NCBI GenBank assembly: GCA_947589745.1
Contig: CANQCS010000001.1
Location: 57,613 to 121,612, forward strand
Length of the DNA: 64,000 nucleotides
Reading direction: 5' to 3'
Origin: an uncultured Oscillospiraceae bacterium
Lineage (GTDB): Bacteria > Bacillota > Clostridia > Oscillospirales > Oscillospiraceae
The notes under the pieces were generated by a model. It was not told where the DNA came from. It saw only the letters and a program-made list of their open reading frames with translations, and made no database searches. The translations under genes and the position numbers were made by a program. Positions 1 through 6,847 of the stretch are shown one piece after another (positions within the stretch are counted from its first letter, which is position 1; each line of letters opens with the position of its first letter).

Positions 1-824
1 AGGCGCTTGTCCCAGAGCCGCTCCATCAGCTCCTCCAGGTCCGCCAGCCCCTGGTAGCCCAGGCGGCGGATGGAGGAGTTGTTCTTGGTGCACTTGTCCA
101 CCGGGCGGCCGTTGACGGCGGTGCGGGCCTCGGCGATGGTGATGATCTTGTTCTCCCGGTCCACGTTGCACCACTTGAGGGCGCAGATCTCGCTGCGCCG
201 CAGCCCCAGGTACCCCGCCAGCTTCACCACCGGCTCCATGCTGGTGCCCGCCAGGATGGTGAACAGCTTGTTCATGGTCTCCGAGTCGTAGTAGTGGTGC
301 TTGGGCTGGCTGGAGGCGGGGGGCACCGCCTGCTCCGAGACGTTGCGCTCCACCAGGTCCCGGCGCTTGGCGCACTCCAGGGCGCAGTGCAGCACCCCCA
401 GGTGCTTCCGCACCGTGTTGGCGCAGAGGCCCTCCGCGCTCCGGGCGTTGAGGTAGCCCTGGATCTGTCCGGCGGTCAGCTCCCGCAGGCGGATGTGGCC
501 CAGGGCCGGGGCCAGGTGGTTGCGCACGATGGTGGTGTACCCGTGGATGGTGCTGGCGGTCCGGGAGGGCTGGACCACCTCCTCCAGCCAGTAGCGCAGC
601 CACTGGCCCAGGGTCAGCTCCTCCAGGCTTTTCCTGCCGCCGTCGCTCAGGACCCGCTTGGCGTTGTGGCTGTCCAGCGCCTGGATCGCCAGCTCCATGG
701 TGGGGTAGCACTTGGTCTTCCGCTTGGCCGGGCCTCCCTCCCGGGGACGGGTCCGGAACGTGACATAGAAGCAGCGGCGCTGGGTGTCGTAGGCGATGTT
801 GGGACGGATGGACTTTCTGGACAT
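1..824 (-). CDS. tyrosine-type site-specific integrase (N-terminal ~275 aa; C-terminal end lies beyond the window edge)
   Basis: My own minus-strand translation from ATG (complement of 822-824) gives MSRKSIRPNIAYDTQRRCFYVTF...LTLGQWLRYWLEEVVQPSRTASTIHGYTTIVRNHLAPALGHIRLRELTAGQIQGYL, a phage-integrase SAM-like core-binding domain. It continues ...KLAGYLGLRRSEICALKW, the first catalytic Arg box. It is absent from the ORF track because it is open at the window edge. Confidence 0.8.
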   Translation of the reverse strand, partial: MSRKSIRPNIAYDTQRRCFYVTFRTRPREGGPAKRKTKCYPTMELAIQALDSHNAKRVLSDGGRKSLEELTLGQWLRYWLEEVVQPSRTASTIHGYTTIVRNHLAPALGHIRLRELTAGQIQGYLNARSAEGLCANTVRKHLGVLHCALECAKRRDLVERNVSEQAVPPASSQPKHHYYDSETMNKLFTILAGTSMEPVVKLAGYLGLRRSEICALKWCNVDRENKIITIAEARTAVNGRPVDKCTKNNSSIRRLGYQGLADLEELMERLWDKR

Positions 825-965
825 GATCGGTTCCTCTCTTTCTATATTCGGCGGCATTCCGCGCCGCCGGTTTGAGGAATACCATATCCCATAATTGGTG
901 AACCTGCAAGTTCTATTCGTCATATCTGGAAGAAAAAGGTGAAAAAAGGAATTTTTCTCCACAAA

Positions 966-1010
966 ATGAGAAAAAATACGCTCCTATTCTCACTTTGAGA
1001 ATAGGAGCGT
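966..1010 (-). terminator. intrinsic terminator downstream of yqeC-yqeB
   Basis: 14-bp perfect stem ACGCTCCTATTCTC / GAGAATAGGAGCGT (978-1010) with a short loop. On the minus strand it is followed by a T-rich run (complement of 966-977), 28 nt after the yqeB stop. Confidence 0.7.
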
Positions 1011-1037
1011 ATCGCTATAAAATGCCGTCGCCGGGGA

Positions 1038-1868
1038 TCAGAAGAAGCTGTCCTCCCAGTCCGCGCCGGGGCTCTCCCGCAGCGCGCCGGAGAGGTTCAA
1101 AATCGCCTCCAGCACCCCGCCGCCCACGGCCAGGGCCTTGTCCGAGGCGCAGAGGCAGTGGTCCGGCTCGCAGCGGGGGTCCACATCGCCGCACTTCATG
1201 CCCCTGACCGCCGGGACCCCGTCGGCCAGCAGGCCCCGCAGGATGCCGCCGATGGTGCACACCATGGGCTGGCCGTCCACATACCCGGCCACGTCCCCGG
1301 GCTCCACCCGGTCGCCGATCTCCAGCGCCCCCTCAAAGGCCCCGTCCGCCGGGGCCCGCAGCACCCGCTCCCCGGCGTAGCCGCCGATGAGGCCGGGCAC
1401 GGCGGTGTTGGGCAGGGCGGGGCCGTCGTAGATGACCCGGCCCAGATAGTGGCCCCGCATGGTCTCCACCACGGCGTGGCAGTCCACCCCGGCGGTGAAG
1501 CCGGGGCCCACGGCAACCACCACTGGGGCCATGTCCGGGGAGGTGCCCAGGTTCCGCTTGGCCAGGATGGCGTCCACCACCGCGTCGGGCTCCAGCTCCC
1601 CGATGCACGTCCCCTCCGGGTCCACCAGCACCGGGACCACGCCCCGGCTCAGCAGGTCCGGGATCTCCTCCAGGTCCGCCAGCCGGGCGGTGACGCCCTC
1701 CACCTCTGTCTCCCCCAGCCGCACGGCCTCGGAGAAGCACACCGTCCGCCGGATGGACGTGGGCACGGGGATCTCGCAGAGGACCACCTCCATCCCGGCC
1801 CGGTACAGGCGCAGGGCCACGCCGGTGGCGATGTCCCCCGCGCCGCGGATCACGACAAGCATAACCAT
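1038..1868 (-). CDS. yqeB: selenium-dependent molybdenum hydroxylase system protein, short EF2563/YqeB family
   Basis: ORF 1038..2300 trimmed to the ATG at 1868 (MVMLVVIRGAGDIATGVALRLYRAGMEVV..., Rossmann-like N-terminus). The upstream part of the ORF is G/A/P/R-rich shadow sequence. Family recognised from memory (TIGR03309-like), and it sits next to yqeC and Mo hydroxylases. Confidence 0.75.
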   Translation of the reverse strand: MVMLVVIRGAGDIATGVALRLYRAGMEVVLCEIPVPTSIRRTVCFSEAVRLGETEVEGVTARLADLEEIPDLLSRGVVPVLVDPEGTCIGELEPDAVVDAILAKRNLGTSPDMAPVVVAVGPGFTAGVDCHAVVETMRGHYLGRVIYDGPALPNTAVPGLIGGYAGERVLRAPADGAFEGALEIGDRVEPGDVAGYVDGQPMVCTIGGILRGLLADGVPAVRGMKCGDVDPRCEPDHCLCASDKALAVGGGVLEAILNLSGALRESPGADWEDSFF

Positions 1869-2536
1869 TCCCCTTTCCGAAGCGCCCCGGCACAGACCGG
1901 ACAGGCCAGCCGCAGCGCCAATTCTTTTGCCAGCGCCATTTGTTGCTCCGTCTCCGCCTGGTTGACGAACACCACGTCCCCCAGGCCCTCGGCCCGGACG
2001 GCCAGGGCCGCCAGGGCGGGCGTCACCGGCTGGTCCATGTCCGCGCCGGTGAGTTGGCAGAAGCGCTCCGGGCGGTGGACCGCCTCCCGGACGGGCCGCC
2101 CGAAGCCGGAGGCCCCCAGCAGCAGCACCGTCCGCGCCGCCTCCGGCGGGATCACCGGCTCGTGGGCCAGGTGGGCCTTCAGGGGCAGCCCCTTGGAGCC
2201 GTCCGCCTCCGCCAGCACATAGTCCGCCAGCGCCGCCAGCCGCGCCATGGGCAGCTCCGGCAGGGCCAGCTTGCCGTGCTCCGCCGGGGTCCCGGCACAC
2301 ACGCAGCCGTGCCGCTCCAGCGCCCGGCGCAGCTCCGCCTCCGTGGGGCGGGCCAGCACCGGCAGATGGTCCGGCGGGAAGATGCGGGTGGTGGTGCAGC
2401 AGAGCACCGTCCCCCGCTGCCGGAGCTCCTCCGCCAGCGTGTACATGGCGGTGGTCTTGCCGCCGCCGCCGATGAGGGCGGTGACGCCGGGCCCCACGCC
2501 CAGCAGTTCATACAGCTTCACGGTCCCGCCCCCCAT
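1850..2536 (-). CDS. yqeC: selenium cofactor biosynthesis / hydroxylase accessory protein YqeC
   Basis: 228-aa ORF with P-loop LIGGGGKTTAMYTLA. Overall similarity to the YqeC family is from memory. Its 3' end overlaps the yqeB start by 19 nt, consistent with an operon. Confidence 0.75.
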   Translation of the reverse strand: MGGGTVKLYELLGVGPGVTALIGGGGKTTAMYTLAEELRQRGTVLCCTTTRIFPPDHLPVLARPTEAELRRALERHGCVCAGTPAEHGKLALPELPMARLAALADYVLAEADGSKGLPLKAHLAHEPVIPPEAARTVLLLGASGFGRPVREAVHRPERFCQLTGADMDQPVTPALAALAVRAEGLGDVVFVNQAETEQQMALAKELALRLACPVCAGALRKGEWLCLS

Positions 2537-2645
2537 TTCTGACTGCTCCCAGTATACCGCCGAAGGGCGGAACGGTCAAGACTTCCGTTGCATCCGGGGA
2601 AGAATTGTGGTATACTCATCCCATCTCAACCAAGGAGGCGCCTGT

Positions 2646-3179
2646 ATGGACCGTGCGCTGCTGGAGCGGCAGCTGAGCGAGCTGCCCCTCGTCCAATATG
2701 AGTTTTTCAAGACCGAGGAGCTGGTCTTCTCCGACCGGGTGCGGATGGTGTGTGAGTCCGACTGTCCCCAGTACGGCAAGAGCTGGGCCTGCCCGCCCGG
2801 CGTGGGCACCGTGGAGGAGTGCAGGGCCCGGTGCCTCAGCTACCCCAACGCCCTCCTGCTGGTGACCATGACGGAGGTGGCAGACATCGCGGACATCGAC
2901 GAGACCCTGGCCACCCGGGAGCCCCATGAGGAGATCACCCGGGAGGTGAACGCGCTGTTCCGCGCCCAGGGTGTGGAGACCTACGTCCTCTCCACAGAGT
3001 CCTGCGCCGTGTGCGAAAAATGCGCCTACCCGGACGGCCCCTGCCGCTGCCCGGAGAAAATGTTCCCCTGCGTGGAGAGCCACGGCATCGTCATTCTGGA
3101 GACCGGGGAGCGGTTCGGACTGCCCTTCCAGGCGGGCGGGAATATCGTCACCTGGTTCAGCCTGATCCTGTACCGGTAA
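2646..3179 (+). CDS. DUF2284-type predicted metal-binding protein
   Basis: ATG 2646 is preceded by AAGGAGG (2632-2638). The Cys-rich motifs CPQYGKSWACPP and CAVCEKCAYPDGPCRCPEKMFPC are typical of DUF2284. It is divergent from yqeC. Confidence 0.65.
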   Translation: MDRALLERQLSELPLVQYEFFKTEELVFSDRVRMVCESDCPQYGKSWACPPGVGTVEECRARCLSYPNALLLVTMTEVADIADIDETLATREPHEEITREVNALFRAQGVETYVLSTESCAVCEKCAYPDGPCRCPEKMFPCVESHGIVILETGERFGLPFQAGGNIVTWFSLILYR

Positions 3180-3319
3180 CATCATATAAAATGTAGAACC
3201 GCCGCGTCCTTATGGGGGGCGGCGGTTCTCTTGTTGCGGATTACTTGGTGCAGCGCTTGCCTTTTCTTTGGCGTTCCTGTATAATTGTGTCATCATACAT
3301 AGAAAGCGAGGCTTTCCCT

Positions 3320-4465
3320 ATGCTGCTGAAAAACGTTCTGCTCCACGACGCCATCCATCCCCAGCCCTACGCGGGCGGCATCCGAATTCAGGACGGACGC
3401 ATCGCCGCCATCGGCCCGGACCTGGTCCCCCTGCTGGGCGAGGAGACGGTAGACCTGGAGGGCCGCCCGGTCTATCCCGGCTTTGTGGACGCCCACAGCC
3501 ACCTGGGCCTGGACAACTACGGCGTGGGCTTCGAGGGCCACGACTACAACGAGATGGGCGACATGGTCGCCTGCCAGCTCCGGGGCATCGACAGCTTCAA
3601 CCCCCAGGACAAGGCCATCCCCATGGCTCTGGCCGGAGGCGTGACCACCGTGGGTGCGGGCCCCGGCAGCGCCAACGTGCTGGGCGGCACCTTCCTGGCG
3701 GTCAAGACCTACGGCCGGTGTGTGGACGACATGGCGGTGAAGGCCGAGGTGGCCATGAAGTGCGCCTTCGGCGAGAACCCCAAGCGCTGCTACCGGGACA
3801 AGGGCGACTCCGCCCGGATGACCACCGCCGCCAAGCTGCGGGAGATGCTGTTCAAGGCCCGGGAGTACCTGGCCAAAAAGGAGGCCGCCGGGGACGACCT
3901 GTCCAAGCGTCCCGGCTTCGACATGAAGCTGGAGGCCCTGATCCCCGTGCTGAAGGGCGAGATGCCCCTGAAGGCCCACGCCCACCGGGCGGACGACATC
4001 TGCACCGCCATCCGCATCGCCAGGGAGTTCGGCGTGAAGCTGACCCTGGAGCACTGCACCGAGGGGCACCTGATCGTGGACGAGCTGGTCCGGGCGGGCT
4101 GGCCCGTGGCCGTGGGGCCCACCCTCACCAACGCCAGTAAGTTCGAGCTGGTGAACAAGACCTTCACCACCCCCGGTATCCTGGCCGCGGCGGGCCTCCA
4201 GGTGAGCATCATCACCGACGCCCCGGTGATTCCCCAGCACTATCTGCCGCTGTGCGCGGGGCTGGCGGTGAAGGCGGGCATGGACCCCTTCGCGGCGCTC
4301 CAGGCCATCACCATCAATCCCGCCAGGCACCTGGGCATCGCGGACCGGGTGGGCTCCCTGGAGGTGGGCAAGGATGCCGACATCGTAGTGGCTGACGGCG
4401 ACCCCATGGTCAGCAGCACCCGCATCCTGGCCGTGTACCTGGACGGGAAGAAAGTGGTCGGATGA
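3320..4465 (+). CDS. amidohydrolase-superfamily metallohydrolase
   Basis: Internal ATG 3320 (MLLKNVLLHD...). N-terminal metal motif GFVDAHSHLG and C-terminal GSLEVGKDADIVV, both typical of amidohydrolase_1 enzymes. Substrate unknown. Confidence 0.75.
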   Translation: MLLKNVLLHDAIHPQPYAGGIRIQDGRIAAIGPDLVPLLGEETVDLEGRPVYPGFVDAHSHLGLDNYGVGFEGHDYNEMGDMVACQLRGIDSFNPQDKAIPMALAGGVTTVGAGPGSANVLGGTFLAVKTYGRCVDDMAVKAEVAMKCAFGENPKRCYRDKGDSARMTTAAKLREMLFKAREYLAKKEAAGDDLSKRPGFDMKLEALIPVLKGEMPLKAHAHRADDICTAIRIAREFGVKLTLEHCTEGHLIVDELVRAGWPVAVGPTLTNASKFELVNKTFTTPGILAAAGLQVSIITDAPVIPQHYLPLCAGLAVKAGMDPFAALQAITINPARHLGIADRVGSLEVGKDADIVVADGDPMVSSTRILAVYLDGKKVVG

Positions 4466-4702
4466 TACTTTTTCTTGAAAGAAAAAGTATCAAAAAGCAC
4501 TTTACGATCGCTCTCAGGGCGTTGCGATACCGGCGTTTCCCACACGGTGACGAAGCATACTTCTAGTGAGAGAAGCGTATCGAACAGAAAAACAGCGGTC
4601 GGGCAGAAGCCGCAAGGCTCCTGCCCGACTTTTTCAATAAAAGGGAAACAGCCGGAAAAATCCCGGCTGTTCCTCTTCTTCTCCATCAATCCGATTTTCC
4701 TA

Positions 4703-4876
4703 TTATTTCTTCAGGAAAAACCGCTTGATTTTCAGGGTGTTGGTGTCCTCACGGGTGGAGGGCCAGGGGCAGCGCGTCTCGGCGACGCGGCCGGTCTGGG
4801 CAAAGGGCTTCTCATTGTGGTTCACCAGCATGAAACCACAGGAATCCATATAACGATTGATCGAAACAATATTCAT
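4703..4876 (-). CDS. hypothetical small basic protein (57 aa)
   Basis: Below the ORF-track size cutoff. My translation is MNIVSINRYMDSCGFMLVNHNEKPFAQTGRVAETRCPWPSTREDTNTLKIKRFFLKK. AAAGGAG lies 8 nt upstream of the ATG, it has its own promoter (4936-4963), and a hairpin terminator (4646-4668 region) lies downstream. Confidence 0.5.
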   Translation of the reverse strand: MNIVSINRYMDSCGFMLVNHNEKPFAQTGRVAETRCPWPSTREDTNTLKIKRFFLKK

Positions 4877-4935
4877 GATATCGCGCTCCTTTGATCGGGC
4901 GGCGGGGCCGTCCGCTATCTTGTTTTATCGATATC

Positions 4936-4963
4936 ATTATATATGGATCCCAGATTCTGTAAA
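4936..4963 (-). promoter_or_regulatory. sigma-A-type promoter for the 57-aa ORF
   Basis: On the minus strand: TTTACA (complement of 4958-4963), a 16-nt spacer, then TATAAT (complement of 4936-4941). Confidence 0.55.
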
Positions 4964-4990
4964 CAGTCTTGCAGTCCAAAATTTTTCCGC

Positions 4991-5015
4991 AAAATTGTGC
5001 TTCCAGCACAATTTT
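4991..5015. terminator. AT-flanked perfect palindrome, probable bidirectional terminator after glnA
   Basis: AAAATTGTGCT-TCC-AGCACAATTTT, an 11-bp perfect inverted repeat with an A-tract and a T-tract, about 77 nt downstream of the glnA stop. Confidence 0.45.
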
Positions 5016-5091
5016 GATTCTCACCCGCCGGTCCGGCGGGACGGGCGCCGGGCTGCCGGGTCCTTTCACGGCAGTGAACCCGGCGGCGGGA

Positions 5092-6516
5092 TCACAGGGT
5101 GTAGTACCGCAGGAACTCGGCGGGATTGGGGAAGCGGGAGATCTCCTCCTCTTCCTTCCTCTTGAGCCGGATCCAGTTGCCGATCAGCTCCTCCGGGAAC
5201 ACGCCGCCGGCGGTGAGGTAGTCGTGGTCCCGCTCCAGCGCGTCCAGGGCCTCCCCCAGGGATTTGGGCAGGGCCTGGATGCGCTCCTTCTCCTCGTCGG
5301 TCAGGTTGAACAGGTTGAAGTCGTAAGGCCCCCAGCCGTTGGCGTGGGGGTCGATCCTGTTGAGGATGCCGTCCAGGCCTGCCATGAGGATGGCGGCGTA
5401 GGCGTAGTAGGGATTGCAGGTGGCGTCGGGGTTCCGCAGCTCGAACCGCTTCTGGGCCGGGGTCTTGGCGTAGGCCGGGATGCGGATGATGGAGGAGCGG
5501 TTGGCGGTGGCGTAGCCGATGGTCACCGGGGCCTCGAAGCCCGGCACCAGGCGCTTGAAGGAGTTGGTGGACGGGTTGGTGATGGCGCAGAGGGACCCGG
5601 CGTGCCGGAGCAGGCCGCCGATGAAGTACAGCGCCGTGTCCGACAGCTGGGAGTAGCCATTGGCGTCGTAGAACAGGGGCCGGCCGTCTTTCCACAGCCA
5701 GATGTGGACGTGCATCCCGCTGCCCGCCTCGCCGTGGAGGGGCTTGGGCATGAAGGTGGCGGTCTTGCCCGCCTGGGCGGCGGCGTTCTTGATGATGTAC
5801 TTGGTGACCATGGTTTTGTCGGCCATCTCGGTGAGGCTCTCCGGCTCCACCTCCACCTCCAGCTGGCCGGGGCCGCCCACCTCGTGGTGGTGGTACTTCA
5901 CCTTCACCCCCCAGTCCGCCATCTTCAGGCAGATGTCGTTGCGGATGTCGTAGGTGGTGTCCTGGGGCAGGGCGGCGTGGTAGCCGTCGTGGTGGGAGAT
6001 CTGGTAGCCGCTGCCGTTGCGGCCGGTGTTCCAGTCGGCCTCGGCGGCGTCCACCTGGAAGGAGGCGTGGTCCGGGGCGCACTCAAAGCTGGCCCTGTCG
6101 AAGACATAGAACTCGAACTCGGGCCCCACCACCATCCTGTCCGCCACGCCGGTCTCCCGCATATAGGCCTCGGCCCGCTCCGTAACGCTGCGGGCGTACT
6201 GGCCGAAGGGCCGGTTCTCCGGCTGGTCGATGACCAGCACGTCGCCGGTCATGGACAGGGTGGGCACGGCGGTGAAGGGGTCCAGGTGGGCGGTGGCGGG
6301 GTCGGGGACGAAGACCATGTCGCTCTTCTCCACCGAGGCGTAGCCGAAGTTGGAGCCGTCGAAGCCGATGCCGTAGCGCAGGGTGTCCTCGTTGAAGCGC
6401 TCGGCGGGGATGGTGATGTGGTGCCAGCGGCCGGTCAGGTCCACGGTCTTGAAGTCGATGAGCCGGACGTTGTTGGCCCGGCACAGGGTGCGGATCTCCT
6501 CGATCTGATTTGACAT
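5092..6516 (-). CDS. glnA: type I glutamine synthetase
   Basis: ORF 5092..6534 trimmed to ATG 6516 (MSNQIEEIRTLCRANNVRLIDFKTVDLTGRWHH...) with GGAGGA 7 nt upstream. Full-length GS-I signature regions are present (GPEFEFYVF, HHHEVGGPGQ.E, KPLHGEAGSGMHVH, NSFKRLVPGFEAP). Confidence 0.95.
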   Translation of the reverse strand: MSNQIEEIRTLCRANNVRLIDFKTVDLTGRWHHITIPAERFNEDTLRYGIGFDGSNFGYASVEKSDMVFVPDPATAHLDPFTAVPTLSMTGDVLVIDQPENRPFGQYARSVTERAEAYMRETGVADRMVVGPEFEFYVFDRASFECAPDHASFQVDAAEADWNTGRNGSGYQISHHDGYHAALPQDTTYDIRNDICLKMADWGVKVKYHHHEVGGPGQLEVEVEPESLTEMADKTMVTKYIIKNAAAQAGKTATFMPKPLHGEAGSGMHVHIWLWKDGRPLFYDANGYSQLSDTALYFIGGLLRHAGSLCAITNPSTNSFKRLVPGFEAPVTIGYATANRSSIIRIPAYAKTPAQKRFELRNPDATCNPYYAYAAILMAGLDGILNRIDPHANGWGPYDFNLFNLTDEEKERIQALPKSLGEALDALERDHDYLTAGGVFPEELIGNWIRLKRKEEEEISRFPNPAEFLRYYTL

Positions 6517-6590
6517 ATCGTTCCTCCATCTCATTAAATTTCTCCATCACGGGGGAGATCGTCCATCATCAATGCTCCCCCCTGCCTGTT

Positions 6591-6618
6591 ATTCTAGCAG
6601 AAACCTGGACAAATTCAA
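6591..6618 (-). promoter_or_regulatory. candidate glnA promoter
   Basis: Minus strand TTGAAT, 16-nt spacer, TAGAAT, with TGC directly upstream of the -10 (extended -10). About 70 nt upstream of the glnA ATG. Confidence 0.45.
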
Positions 6619-6847
6619 TTATGAGAAATGCTAAAGTTGCCATCAGTTTTTGTATCATTTGCCTGTTTGGCCCCGTGGGCCGGTGAAGTCCGCTGTCTCC
6701 TGGTTGGATATTCCAGCTACAAAATGGGCCAAAAATCCTTGCAATTTTGGGAGAAGTATTGTACACTATAACCTGTAAGGGTATACGTCCTTTTACGGGA
6801 CGTGTCGTGGCAACGAGAGACGTGGAACTGAACGAGAGGGGATCGAC

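Noticed and set aside
6517-6847. GlnR/TnrA box (TGTNA-N7-TNACA) or a glutamine riboswitch in the glnA / hydroxylase divergent region
   Set aside because: I scanned both strands by eye and found only partial matches (for example TGTAAGGGTATACG). A near-palindrome TATAACC-TGTAA-GGGTATA exists at 6767-6785 but does not fit the consensus.
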